In this document: piece by piece, positions 53,397-63,560 of the stretch | Layout of the letters: each line of letters opens with the position of its first letter | Position numbering within the stretch: position 1 is the stretch's first letter | Virus record (IMG/VR): IMGVR_UViG_3300027804_000001 | Span: 96,001-160,000 of that record | Strand: one strand, 5' to 3' | DNA length: 64,000 nucleotides | Source of the DNA: a virus | Taxonomy: Duplodnaviria > Caudoviricetes | Position numbers and translations under genes: made by a program | The notes under the pieces: model-generated | Told to the model about the DNA's origin: nothing | The model's database searches: none | What the model saw: the letters and a program-made list of their open reading frames with translations, nothing else

Positions 53397-53432
53397 ATTT
53401 GAAATATAATAAAAACTTTTGAAATAAAAAAA

Positions 53433-54125
53433 TTAGAGGATTGTTTTGTTGGTTTTTGTTTTCCTTATTTCATTAAGAGTCCCAACATTTAAAATGTTAT
53501 TAAAAAAATCACTACTAGGTCTTTCAATTTTAATGTTTAATTTATTACAAACCGCATAAATAATTAACCCCTCTAAAGATCCGTCATAACCATTATTAGG
53601 TTGGGTTTTTAATGTTATATTATTAAGGTTGTCCCATGTTTGTGTAAATAGTTTTCTTCTATCTATGTTATCAATTCTAAGGACCATTAAAAACTCATTT
53701 ATAAATTTAATGTCTTTATCGTTTATTGCTTTACCGTATTCAGTTTCAAGGACATCTTGTATAGTTATTTCTTCATCCTTGTATTTTGTATTTTCGGATA
53801 TCCATCTTACATACATTCCCTCTTCTAAAGTTGTTATGTAATCGAAATCTGGTTTTCCCCTGAATAAAATGTCGGTATCCAAAAACAATACAACATTATG
53901 ATACTCAAACGCAAATTCAATTGATTTTCTTTTTAAATTATAGTTGAATGGTTCGTTTATTTCTCTAATATGAATGTCTTTGTTCTCAATTAATTCTTGA
54001 TTATCCGTAATAACAAAAATGTCTAAGTGATTATCAAAATCAAATAGACATCTTACCGTTGTATTAAATTCGTTGATGTGTTCTTCTCCGAATGCTAAAA
54101 ATGTTATTCCATATTTTTTTATCAT
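53433..54125 (-). CDS. putative GT-A fold glycosyltransferase
   Basis: VLFLDTD (DxD) motif. Confidence 0.55.
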   Translation of the reverse strand: MIKKYGITFLAFGEEHINEFNTTVRCLFDFDNHLDIFVITDNQELIENKDIHIREINEPFNYNLKRKSIEFAFEYHNVVLFLDTDILFRGKPDFDYITTLEEGMYVRWISENTKYKDEEITIQDVLETEYGKAINDKDIKFINEFLMVLRIDNIDRRKLFTQTWDNLNNITLKTQPNNGYDGSLEGLIIYAVCNKLNIKIERPSSDFFNNILNVGTLNEIRKTKTNKTIL

Positions 54126-54451
54126 AAAGAAAACGATTCACCACATCCACATGTTCTTGATGCATTTGGATTTACCCACTGAAAACCCTTTCCATTTAAA
54201 CCACTTGAGTATTGTAATTCGGTCCCATAAAGGTATAAAACAGATTTTTTATCTATAACCACTTTTAAATCACCCAAATCAACGATCTCATCTGTTTCAT
54301 TTATTTCATCATCAAAATCCATTACATAAGACAACCCACTACAACCACCACCTTTAACACCTACCCTCAAATTAAATTTGTCTACCGGTAGGTTTTCTTC
54401 CTTCATTATATCGAATATGTGTTCTTTTGCCGTCTCATTAATTGTAATCAT
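54122..54451 (-). CDS. iscA: Fe-S cluster assembly A-type carrier
   Basis: [16 protein letters not shown]. Confidence 0.9.
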   Translation of the reverse strand: MITINETAKEHIFDIMKEENLPVDKFNLRVGVKGGGCSGLSYVMDFDDEINETDEIVDLGDLKVVIDKKSVLYLYGTELQYSSGLNGKGFQWVNPNASRTCGCGESFSL

Positions 54452-54633
54452 TTCAAATCAGCCTTTTTCAAAAGTGAGTCTAAACTCTTATTATCCGTTT
54501 TTATTTCTTTTTGAACCTGAACTTCATTTCTAAGTTTTGAAAGTTCTTTCTGTTGGAAATAACACAAAACGAGAACTGAAATTGCTAACCCCATTCCGAT
54601 TTGATTTTGATATTTTTTTATAAATTGTATCAT
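54448..54633 (-). CDS. small membrane-anchored protein
   Basis: TM segment then coiled coil. Confidence 0.6.
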   Translation of the reverse strand: MIQFIKKYQNQIGMGLAISVLVLCYFQQKELSKLRNEVQVQKEIKTDNKSLDSLLKKADLK

Positions 54634-54634
54634 A

Positions 54635-55045
54635 TTAATGTAATTTTTCTTCAAATATTATTTCTTCCAACCCTTGTTTTTTTCTGTAATCATTTATAGC
54701 AGACTTAATAGCATCCTCAGCCAAAACACTACAGTGTATTTTAACTGGTGGTAAATTCAATTCCTCAACCAAATCCATATTATCAATTGTTACTGCCTCA
54801 TCCAACGATTTACCTTTTAACCATTCAGTTGCAACTGATGATGATGCAATTGCAGAACCACATCCAAAAGTTTTGAATTTTGCATCAACAATTATATTAT
54901 CTATAACTTCAATTTGTAATCTCATTACATCACCACACTCGGGTGCCCCTACCAATCCTGTGCCGACACTCGATTTACTTTTATCTAATGTTCCTACGTT
55001 TTTAGGGTTAGAATAATGGTCTAAAACCTTTTCAGAATATGCCAT
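54635..55045 (-). CDS. iscU: Fe-S cluster scaffold protein
   Basis: YSEKVLDHY.NP.NVG, APECGDVM, FGCGSAIASSS, LPPVKIHCS. Confidence 0.95.
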   Translation of the reverse strand: MAYSEKVLDHYSNPKNVGTLDKSKSSVGTGLVGAPECGDVMRLQIEVIDNIIVDAKFKTFGCGSAIASSSVATEWLKGKSLDEAVTIDNMDLVEELNLPPVKIHCSVLAEDAIKSAINDYRKKQGLEEIIFEEKLH

Positions 55046-55074
55046 AAATTTATCATTTTATTATAAATAGTTAA

Positions 55075-55317
55075 TTAGTATAATTCATCAGTATTAATAT
55101 TATGTTCTTGAAGAATTTCATATATCTTATCGTACACTAAATCTAAAACTTCATATTTGTCCATTTCTTTACCCTCCAATGTCCATTCTAATCCTTTCTT
55201 AGTGTTGTGAGTAATATCCCATAATGCACCAGCCATATCCAACGATTTAACAGCACGAAAATGTGCCATCTTATCATCGGGGTCATTTAAGTCAAATTCT
55301 ATTTTCGCTTTCGCCAT
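55075..55317 (-). CDS. hypothetical protein
   Basis: 80-aa ORF. Confidence 0.75.
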   Translation of the reverse strand: MAKAKIEFDLNDPDDKMAHFRAVKSLDMAGALWDITHNTKKGLEWTLEGKEMDKYEVLDLVYDKIYEILQEHNINTDELY

Positions 55318-55460
55318 AAATCACTTAATTTTTTAGTGGGTCTTCTGGTTATTAATTTTCCATCTTCGGTTTCCTCCATTAAGGGTGCTCTCCAAATTTC
55401 GTATCCCATCCATACGGTTACAACAAACAGAAATAAAAGAAAAAATTTCATAATTAATTT

Positions 55461-55793
55461 TTATGTTGTGAAATATTTCGTTTTCCAAAACTGCCACCAT
55501 TTTCTTTTTTTGACTGGTTTACATTCCGAGAATGGATTTGTACCAAAAGAAACTTTATTGAGATATTTTGCAGTCAAAACATTTAAAAATATCTCATGAT
55601 ATTTTCTTGGTATCTCATCAAAATCGGCCGTAATCTTAACTGATAGTGATTGTGGTCCATCCTCAGAATAAACAATTAATTGTTCATAAAGAGTAACAAG
55701 TGTACTTGTTTTAATATCGGCATATTGATTTTGGTTAAAACCACCAAAATTTAATTCACCATTTATGTGTTCTTTTAATTCATCATCTGACAT
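55461..55793 (-). CDS. hypothetical protein
   Basis: 110-aa ORF ending KWWQFWK. Confidence 0.75.
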   Translation of the reverse strand: MSDDELKEHINGELNFGGFNQNQYADIKTSTLVTLYEQLIVYSEDGPQSLSVKITADFDEIPRKYHEIFLNVLTAKYLNKVSFGTNPFSECKPVKKRKWWQFWKTKYFTT

Positions 55794-55802
55794 AATAGTA
55801 TT

Positions 55803-56093
55803 TTATTCAACTTGTAAATTTATTGAATCCGCAAGCGGTTTATTAACTTCTTCCAATATTCCCCACATTACTTCATAAGAACCTATTTGAATTTCTTTTA
55901 CAAACATTTCACTTTGTAAACTATCTATTCTCGATTCTAGTTCTGCCTTTTGAATATCTCCTCCTGGTAAAAAACCATTATCGGTTTGACATTTCATCAA
56001 GTCATCTTTTAATTTTAGATAACTCACTAAAAGTGCTAAAAAAGCAATCGTAACTACCACCAAATAAAATTTAATCTGTGTTATAATTTTCAT
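55803..56093 (-). CDS. membrane-anchored protein
   Basis: N-terminal TM. Confidence 0.7.
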   Translation of the reverse strand: MKIITQIKFYLVVVTIAFLALLVSYLKLKDDLMKCQTDNGFLPGGDIQKAELESRIDSLQSEMFVKEIQIGSYEVMWGILEEVNKPLADSINLQVE

Positions 56094-56240
56094 AACTTTT
56101 ATTTTACTTGTTTAACCACCCATCAATAAACCCACTCTTTATATCTGACCATTCAATTACAAAGTATGAGACAACTATAACACATAAGATTGTCCATTTG
56201 TGTTTAACAATGAGTGTTTTTAAATCTTTTACTAATTCTT

Positions 56241-56507
56241 TCATAAATTTTGTATTTCAATTAATAATTCTGATACTTCCTCCTCAGATAGGTACCCCCT
56301 AACATCTCCAGCCGCAACCGGATTATCATAATGAATCTCATCATCAAATAATACCGCAAGTTCATATAAACCACTTTTACCACCGTAAGAAAAATCATGT
56401 TTAACTACTGATGCTCCGAATCCATTTTCAAAATGAATTCGTGTTTTGACACCATTGTAAAATGTGTCGGACATTGATTCAAACTGTAAATCTTTAAAGG
56501 TTTTCAT
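56241..56507 (-). CDS. conserved phage hypothetical protein
   Basis: FENGFGASV...YELAV...DVRGYL. Confidence 0.8.
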   Translation of the reverse strand: MKTFKDLQFESMSDTFYNGVKTRIHFENGFGASVVKHDFSYGGKSGLYELAVLFDDEIHYDNPVAAGDVRGYLSEEEVSELLIEIQNL

Positions 56508-56517
56508 TTTAATTTTT

Positions 56518-56679
56518 TTAAAGTTCTTCGACTATTCCTAATATTTCAGCAAGTCCTAAAAGGATTGCACTACTACCGAATTGCTCGTTAAATAAAAAGT
56601 AACAAGCCCCAATTCTTAAAACACTTTTGAATAGACTCACCCAAAAATGTCTACTTGTTTTTGATTCTTTTGGTTGCAT
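56518..56679 (-). CDS. small membrane protein, 53 aa (not in track)
   Basis: HFWVSLFKS.LRI...LAEILGIVEEL. Confidence 0.65.
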   Translation of the reverse strand: MQPKESKTSRHFWVSLFKSVLRIGACYFLFNEQFGSSAILLGLAEILGIVEEL

Positions 56680-56684
56680 AATGA

Positions 56685-57653
56685 TTAATATACTAAATTT
56701 TTTTGAGATTCCAAATAATCATCCACAAATTGTATCCTTTCTCCGAGATAACGGAAAAGAGGTACTGACCATGAATTACCAATACCACCTTTAACACTTG
56801 AATATGATGGTTTCTTACCATTTATTTCAAAATCAAAATAATCATCAGGAAAACCTTGTAACCTACATAGTTCTTTTTCTGTAAATTGTCTAATTCCCAA
56901 ATCATCTACCCAATAATTCGAAGTCGAGATTTTACCAAATCCATCCGTCAAAGTTTTCGAATAAGATTTAGTTACCGTACCAGCGAGTTTAATTTCTCCG
57001 AGAATATTTTTGGTGAGTTCATCCCTCTTTTTTTTATTCTCTCCTTTAACGCTACCAAATCCTCCTTCGTTAAATAATATGGCAACAGGGACTCTCCAGT
57101 TGGTTCCACGATATCCGACAACGACGATTCTACGACGACGCTGGGGTACTCCAAAATATCTTGAGTCGAAAATCCTGTAAGCGATTGAGTATTTTTTTCC
57201 AATAAAGATTCCTCCTCCTTCTTGGAGATCTTCAGGCCTGATGTCAGTACCCGTAAAGTTTGATAAGACTTGTGAGAGGTCTTCTTTGAGTTCTTCTTTG
57301 AAAACACCAGGGACATTTTCCCAGATGAAATAGGTTGGACGTTTTGAGTCAAGAATGTTTCCAAATGTGATGGCAAGTTGAGCACGTTCATCATCCATTC
57401 CATTTCCGAGTCCGGCATCTGACCAAGCTTGGCAGGGTGTACCTGCTGCAATAACTTTCGCTTTGAGTTTTTTAAATTTTTCATCTTCTAAAATGTTTAA
57501 CATGTTTGGAAATAAAGGAACATCAGGATAGTGATGTTTAAGTACTTGTTGTGGGAATGAGGCGAAATCACATACACCTACACACTCCCAACCGAGTGGT
57601 TTCCACGCAACGGACGCGGCTTCGATACCACTACAAAGAGTAATGAATTTCAT
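56685..57653 (-). CDS. C5-cytosine DNA methyltransferase
   Basis: LCSGIEA, GTPCQ, ENVPG, QRRRR, RLQGFPD, GNS. Confidence 0.9.
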   Translation of the reverse strand: MKFITLCSGIEAASVAWKPLGWECVGVCDFASFPQQVLKHHYPDVPLFPNMLNILEDEKFKKLKAKVIAAGTPCQAWSDAGLGNGMDDERAQLAITFGNILDSKRPTYFIWENVPGVFKEELKEDLSQVLSNFTGTDIRPEDLQEGGGIFIGKKYSIAYRIFDSRYFGVPQRRRRIVVVGYRGTNWRVPVAILFNEGGFGSVKGENKKKRDELTKNILGEIKLAGTVTKSYSKTLTDGFGKISTSNYWVDDLGIRQFTEKELCRLQGFPDDYFDFEINGKKPSYSSVKGGIGNSWSVPLFRYLGERIQFVDDYLESQKNLVY

Positions 57654-57741
57654 GCTAGTAAGTTTTGTTTTGTTAGAACAAATTTACTAATATTTTTTAA
57701 AATCCAAAAACATTTTTAAAAAAATTATTATTAATTAATAA

Positions 57742-59136
57742 TCAATTATTTAAGAAATCATATTTTTCTTTTGTCCACTTAAGTTCTTTATAATCTTTAA
57801 ATTTTTCATTTAATATATCAATAAGTGGTTGGAATATACTAGGTGTGGGTGTGTTTGACTTACCATAAGACTGTACAAGTTGTCCTTTTCTATATTGTAA
57901 ATTGATTTTTTTGGTATTGAATTGTGCGGAAAGGTACACATAGAGAACCCCATTAGTAAATTGTTTAGACATACAATTTTTCATGTTATATCCTTCGTAT
58001 ATAAAATCTTCTTCTGTTGATAATACTTTGATATTATACGTCATTCCATCAATTTGAATGTTCGTTTCTATGTCATTTAAAAATTCAACTGGATGTGTGT
58101 ATTTTAATTTATATCCTCTCTTATAGTAAAGTTTTAAATTATTTAATGTTTCAATTAAATTATTGAATTGGTTATCATTTTTTGGTGTTAATTTTATTTC
58201 GATTCCATTTAACTCAACTTCTTTTCTGTACTTCAATAGTTTATTGATTGATATAAAAATAGGATCAAGGTTGATATTGGTTTTGTTCCAACTATTAATC
58301 AACTTTACAAAACTACTCTTCTCAAATTCATTTCTTAATTCATCAATTTTTAAATTGGGTGGGTATATATCTGAACAATGTTGTTTCCAATCTATTCTTT
58401 TTATATAATCTAAATGATTCTTACCAAACAATTTACACAAATAGTTTATTGCGTTTATGTTTAAAGGTATATCAGATGTGTTTAATTCTTTTATTAAAAA
58501 TTTAGATTTAATACCTAAAGAGTCTAAAACCGCCGGTAGAAATTTATTATCATTCCTAATCAAAAACTTTTTACTTGGGTAGACATCTTGAATATCGTAG
58601 TAAACATTATTGTGGCCCTTTATATTTTTTTGTGAGAGATGAAAATCAACAATCATATCAAACAATTCATTGACTGCTGGTTTCTCTTTATATGATTTAT
58701 TTAAATAAAAATCATATTTAAATTTAGATTTTAATTTGTTAGTCATAATTAAACTTATTTCTGTGATTGCTCTTTCATACTTGACTCCCCAATAGTTTAA
58801 TCTTTTTTCTCCCCTATAAAACCCATTATCAATCATTTCATATAACAACCTAAAATTGTTTCTTTTTGATTTTTGTGATGACTTAAGATATTTGTCTTCT
58901 GTTAAATTGTCATTTACAATTTTATATGAAACAATTATATCACCATTGATTAAATTAATTGTAAGTTGGTGGGAAAATGTTACATGTTTTCTTGCTCCAT
59001 ATCTATGATAATCCAACTCGAAATCATTTGACATTATAAGTGTGTTATCATCACCAAATAATTTTAATTCACATATTGATTCGGCCGGTCCTTTTTTGTC
59101 TTTCTTATTTTGAAAGTGTCTAAATAATAAATCCAC
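57742..59136 (-). CDS. PcfJ-like domain protein
   Basis: C-terminal EGYNMKNCM...LVQSYG. Confidence 0.6.
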   Translation of the reverse strand: MDLLFRHFQNKKDKKGPAESICELKLFGDDNTLIMSNDFELDYHRYGARKHVTFSHQLTINLINGDIIVSYKIVNDNLTEDKYLKSSQKSKRNNFRLLYEMIDNGFYRGEKRLNYWGVKYERAITEISLIMTNKLKSKFKYDFYLNKSYKEKPAVNELFDMIVDFHLSQKNIKGHNNVYYDIQDVYPSKKFLIRNDNKFLPAVLDSLGIKSKFLIKELNTSDIPLNINAINYLCKLFGKNHLDYIKRIDWKQHCSDIYPPNLKIDELRNEFEKSSFVKLINSWNKTNINLDPIFISINKLLKYRKEVELNGIEIKLTPKNDNQFNNLIETLNNLKLYYKRGYKLKYTHPVEFLNDIETNIQIDGMTYNIKVLSTEEDFIYEGYNMKNCMSKQFTNGVLYVYLSAQFNTKKINLQYRKGQLVQSYGKSNTPTPSIFQPLIDILNEKFKDYKELKWTKEKYDFLNN

Positions 59137-59182
59137 ATATAAAATATATGTGGATTAATTTACAATGTATATGGTTTTTTAT

Positions 59183-61039
59183 TTAGACTAAATCCATAAA
59201 ATCTATTCCAAATAATTTAGTGGGCTCTTTTTTTGTAATCTCGACACCGTTTATTTTTACCGGTACTTTAAGTTTTTCAGATGCATGTAATAATCCAAGT
59301 CGTGCGTATTTTTTTACTTTTTGTGACAATTCATTATCTATCACATATTCCATATCCACAGGTGGTTGTTTATTACAAAAATGTCTTGCTTGTAATAGTT
59401 GACCGTTTTGACAATCAAACTCACACGTTACTCTATCCATAGAATCTTCTGTTCTTAAAGAAATAATAATAGACTTTTCTTTATCGGCATAAGTTGCAAC
59501 ACAATGATGCATAAATTTACCCTCCTCAACATATTCTTCCTCTCTTTTCAATATCATAGGATAAAAAGAAACACCGGTATCACCATAGTTTGGTAAATTT
59601 ATTTTCAATGGTATTGGTTTTTCAATATCCTCAATCATCTTCTCACTAAACTTATATTCAATCACCCAACCTTTATTGATGGCGGTTATAATCTTTGATA
59701 AATCTGTATGTTCAACAGAAAATTCATCGAATGTTTTTGCTTTCATATAAACGTCAGCATCATATTCTCTAACGGTGTTTATCATTCTAAAATGGTCATC
59801 AAATAACTGAATAAATCTATCAGATAATATTCCATCTGACCTATAATTTTGTGAATTTGCAATCTTAATTAAATTCTCCTTTTCAATATCTAATAACAGT
59901 GGGTTATTATTTGTATTATGGATTAATTGGAATTTATTGGTGTTGTAATCCACATTACTATTTTTTTTAAGATATGAATTTTCAAAAACAACGGGGTTCA
60001 AATTTGCAATATATTTTGTGTAATCATTACCAAAATACTTACAAAATCTAACCAAACCAATCAAATCAATATTTGGATATTCATGTAAAATTTTAATTGT
60101 GTATTTGGATTTAATTCCAAACATATCCAAAATAGATGCTATTAATTTCCTATCGTTCTTTTTGAGAAATTTTTCTGTTGGGTAAAAGTTATTAATCCAA
60201 AACACCACATCTCCGTTTGGTACCTTTATTTTTTTAAGTTCTATAAACTTTTGTGTGAAATCATTTAAGAATACATCGGTATTAGATGAGTATGATGCAC
60301 ACCCAATCATTCCTAATGACTTTTGTATATTCTTTGTAAACTCATAGTCGTCGAATACTTTTTTAAATTCGTTGTACACTCTTGAATTTGTATTAACATA
60401 GTTCTTAGGTTCAAAAAATGAACGACCGGTCGTAATCATTTTCAACATTCTGAACGAATTGGTCCTGAATTGTGTGGCGTTGGTTTTACTGGTTTTACCT
60501 ATAATACACGTGGTAAAGTTTCCCGTTTTCAAGTTTATTGTTAACGATTGAACATCGTATCTTTTTCTGAAATAGATGCAATTAAACCCTCTGGTTTTTG
60601 TTTGAACATAAAGTTTTATGGTTAGTTTATCTCCATGTAATCGTATTGATCTTTCAAGTGTATATAGAACAATCTCAGAAAGTGGTTTACCATAATGATT
60701 TTTAATGTGTCTATCTTTAGTTGTTTCAAAAGTATTTCCACCGTTCTTTTCACGATATAGATATTCAAAAGACATTCTTTCCTGTACATCTTCATTACTG
60801 GTTAGATAATGTACTTTCTTTTTCTTTTTTTTAGGTAACGTAAAAATTTTCCCTTTTTTGTTAATGTTGAGGTCTCTCGTAATTGATTTGATTGAAAATA
60901 CATCGGTATCCTCTTCATCCAATAAATCCAAAGAATCGTTAAACTGTCTCCGTAATCTTTTCTCATCTGAAATTAGACAATAATCCTTAAAAGGGGTTAT
61001 AAGTGCATAGGAAAATTTTTGAGTTAATATGTCTACCAT
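59183..61039 (-). CDS. PcfJ-like domain protein
   Basis: C-terminal EGKFMHHCVATY...QARHFCN. Confidence 0.65.
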   Translation of the reverse strand: MVDILTQKFSYALITPFKDYCLISDEKRLRRQFNDSLDLLDEEDTDVFSIKSITRDLNINKKGKIFTLPKKKKKKVHYLTSNEDVQERMSFEYLYREKNGGNTFETTKDRHIKNHYGKPLSEIVLYTLERSIRLHGDKLTIKLYVQTKTRGFNCIYFRKRYDVQSLTINLKTGNFTTCIIGKTSKTNATQFRTNSFRMLKMITTGRSFFEPKNYVNTNSRVYNEFKKVFDDYEFTKNIQKSLGMIGCASYSSNTDVFLNDFTQKFIELKKIKVPNGDVVFWINNFYPTEKFLKKNDRKLIASILDMFGIKSKYTIKILHEYPNIDLIGLVRFCKYFGNDYTKYIANLNPVVFENSYLKKNSNVDYNTNKFQLIHNTNNNPLLLDIEKENLIKIANSQNYRSDGILSDRFIQLFDDHFRMINTVREYDADVYMKAKTFDEFSVEHTDLSKIITAINKGWVIEYKFSEKMIEDIEKPIPLKINLPNYGDTGVSFYPMILKREEEYVEEGKFMHHCVATYADKEKSIIISLRTEDSMDRVTCEFDCQNGQLLQARHFCNKQPPVDMEYVIDNELSQKVKKYARLGLLHASEKLKVPVKINGVEITKKEPTKLFGIDFMDLV

Positions 61040-61113
61040 TTTAGAATAAGTTTTGTTATTACAAAAATAATAAAAAAAGTTAAGATATATGTATTTATAA
61101 AAAAATATATATT

Positions 61114-61245
61114 ATGGCTAAAGGTAAAAGCACGGGTGACTCAAGAAAAATAACTTTCGGTAAGAAAAGTGGTAAAGGTAAATCAAGAAAATCTTTCGGA
61201 CCTAAAGACCAAAAACCGAAAAAATACAGAGGTCAGGGTCGCTAA
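61114..61245 (+). CDS. tiny basic protein, 43 aa, ending KKYRGQGR (not in track)
   Basis: TATTTATA upstream; open frame checked by hand. Confidence 0.7.
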   Translation: MAKGKSTGDSRKITFGKKSGKGKSRKSFGPKDQKPKKYRGQGR

Positions 61246-61706
61246 TTTATTCTTCCTCCACCCTTAAAATTTTTAATATACCGGGGTTCAATAAGACTAC
61301 TTACTTTGACTCCCTCGTATCTGTTTGCTGAATGGACAAAATAGGTATTTCCTATGTAACAGCCACAATGCCAACCAGATGGTGACACTTTACTACGAAA
61401 GAAAACCAAATCACCAACCTGTAAACTATCTTTTTTAATTCTTTCTGTTTGATTCCATTGTTTATAACAAACATTTTCAAGTTCAATCTTATAAACATCT
61501 AAGTATAATCTCTTATTAAATTGGGAACAGTCAATACCTTTTTCTGTTTTACCACCTAATTTATACGGTTTCCCCAACCATTTTATTATAAATTGATTTA
61601 GAATTGTGTCTTCGGTAAAAACCCCTTCTTCAAATTTTAATGTAGTTTGTCCATTGGTTATTAATGAAATAAAAACCAATGGAATTATAATTAATATATT
61701 TTTCAT
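61242..61706 (-). CDS. NlpC/P60 (C40) peptidase
   Basis: WLGKPY..GG...GIDCS, HCG.Y, FVHS. Confidence 0.9.
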   Translation of the reverse strand: MKNILIIIPLVFISLITNGQTTLKFEEGVFTEDTILNQFIIKWLGKPYKLGGKTEKGIDCSQFNKRLYLDVYKIELENVCYKQWNQTERIKKDSLQVGDLVFFRSKVSPSGWHCGCYIGNTYFVHSANRYEGVKVSSLIEPRYIKNFKGGGRIN

Positions 61707-62722
61707 TAGTTACTTAATGGTGCTTTAATTTTAGGATGTGATTCATACCCCACCAATTCAAAACAATCGGGTCTATAACTTTTTAATTTTTCATCTAAAG
61801 TTTTTTCACCTAAATGTTCTTTCACTTTTTCATGCATATACCAATTTCTTTCTGTTATTTCAACTTTTGGTAATTCATATGGGGTTCTATATATTTGTTC
61901 TTTAGCTTGTTCAATATGATTAAGGTAAAGATGTGTGTCACCTAAATTACCAATCAATTCATCAGGTATCATGTCTACTTCTTTTGCAATAATTTCAAGT
62001 AACAATGCATATGATGCAATATTAAATGGTAATCCTAAAAATGTATCAACTGAACGTTGATTCCACATTAAAGAAATTGCTCTATATTTTCCAGGATTAA
62101 CTATTTTTTCTTCTCTTGTTGTTGGTCTTGTATAAACTTGAAATCCATAATGACAAGGTGGTAAAACCATTTTATCTAATTCACCCACATTCCAAGCATT
62201 AACCATCAATCTTCTACTATCTGGATTTGTTTTTAAATCGTTGATTAGGTCTTGGATTTGGTCTATATAATTTAAATCTATGTCTGTTTTGTTCCAATCA
62301 ATTTTCTCCCATTTCCTCCATTGTTTACCATAAATTGGTCCTAAATCTCCAAAATCTTTTGCAAATTCTTTGTTTGTTTTTATCAACTGAATAAACTGTT
62401 CTTTCGTATATCTAGGTCCATGAAAATCATCCGTAAACAGTTTTGAATAATTCTTATATGCATCACCATCCCAAATATGACAATCATAATCCAATAAGAA
62501 TTTGATGTTAGTTTCACCTCTTAAAAACCATAGTAATTCGGTTACTATTGACTTCCAATGCATTTTCTTTGTAGTTAATAACGGAAACCCTTCACTCATT
62601 TTATGACGAATTTGTCTACCGAATACTGAAGTTGTTCCCGTGCCAGTCCTATCTGATTTTTCTATACCATTATCTAAAATGTCTTGTAATAAATTTTGAT
62701 ATTGTTTATCAATATTATTCAT
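61706..62722 (-). CDS. thyA: thymidylate synthase
   Basis: DRTGTGT, LPPCH, QRSVDTFLGLPFNIASY, DTHLY.NH. Confidence 0.95.
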   Translation of the reverse strand: MNNIDKQYQNLLQDILDNGIEKSDRTGTGTTSVFGRQIRHKMSEGFPLLTTKKMHWKSIVTELLWFLRGETNIKFLLDYDCHIWDGDAYKNYSKLFTDDFHGPRYTKEQFIQLIKTNKEFAKDFGDLGPIYGKQWRKWEKIDWNKTDIDLNYIDQIQDLINDLKTNPDSRRLMVNAWNVGELDKMVLPPCHYGFQVYTRPTTREEKIVNPGKYRAISLMWNQRSVDTFLGLPFNIASYALLLEIIAKEVDMIPDELIGNLGDTHLYLNHIEQAKEQIYRTPYELPKVEITERNWYMHEKVKEHLGEKTLDEKLKSYRPDCFELVGYESHPKIKAPLSN

Positions 62723-63354
62723 ATTAATTTACCGTTTAGGTTTTGAATTATTAATTCCGCCAATTTTTTTTGTCCGTTTTCACTGTAGTGTGTGTCGTTA
62801 ATTAAACCGTTTGTTTCTGTTTTTATTGTTTCAATTTCACCAAAATTTAAAACTTTAAGTTTACCTGTTGGTTTAAAAGGACTCCAAAATACACATCTTC
62901 TTGGTTTCATAACATGTTCAATCATGTATATCCACCAGTTTACTTCATCCACATATAACTCGTGGTCTCTGTTTAATATTATTTCTTTAATCGTATTATA
63001 TGAATAATCAATATTTTCTAACTTTATTTCTTCTTCACTCAATGTGTTTATTAAAACAGTGAACCATTCTCTATTTTTATTTGGTAATCTAAATCTATGT
63101 AATCCCGACCAACCAAATACTAAAATATCATTTTCTTTTATTTGTTTGACGTTTTTACAAAATGATTCAAAGATTGTATAATTGTCTATTCCACCAACTG
63201 CAACATTTTTAACATCCATATTTAAAAATTCACCGATGAAATCTGCATGTACCTTTGGTTGATAACCTTTCCAATTTATGTATTTATTTGACCAAATATA
63301 TTTTGGGTTATAAGATGCTGTATAGCTATCCCCGAAAGTCCACACTGTACTCAT
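62719..63354 (-). CDS. SGNH-like hydrolase
   Basis: FGDSYT, NVAVGGIDN, DTHYSENGQ. Confidence 0.65.
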   Translation of the reverse strand: MSTVWTFGDSYTASYNPKYIWSNKYINWKGYQPKVHADFIGEFLNMDVKNVAVGGIDNYTIFESFCKNVKQIKENDILVFGWSGLHRFRLPNKNREWFTVLINTLSEEEIKLENIDYSYNTIKEIILNRDHELYVDEVNWWIYMIEHVMKPRRCVFWSPFKPTGKLKVLNFGEIETIKTETNGLINDTHYSENGQKKLAELIIQNLNGKLI

Positions 63355-63560
63355 TTTTTATAATATGCATTTCTTTGAAATTGTATACCCGCAAAAAATG
63401 TTAACCATCTAATTGAAAATCCAATTGCGGGTGTGCATAGTCCTGTTTCAAAAAATACATCTTTTCTATAAAAAAATATAATCGTTGGTATAATAAACCA
63501 GTGGTATTTCTTTTTATAAAGAAAAAAATCGGTTAAATATTTTGGTTCTTTATTCGTCAT
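63351..63560 (-). CDS. hypothetical protein
   Basis: 69-aa ORF. Confidence 0.65.
   Translation of the reverse strand: MTNKEPKYLTDFFLYKKKYHWFIIPTIIFFYRKDVFFETGLCTPAIGFSIRWLTFFAGIQFQRNAYYKK

Noticed and set aside
1119-62792. Many track ORFs antisense to or nested in real genes (for example 1330-1632, 4829-5143, 18843-19199, 20537-20875, 22878-23267, 39650-39982, 56972-57484)
   Set aside because: They are shadows of well-supported genes, lacking promoters and protein-like composition.
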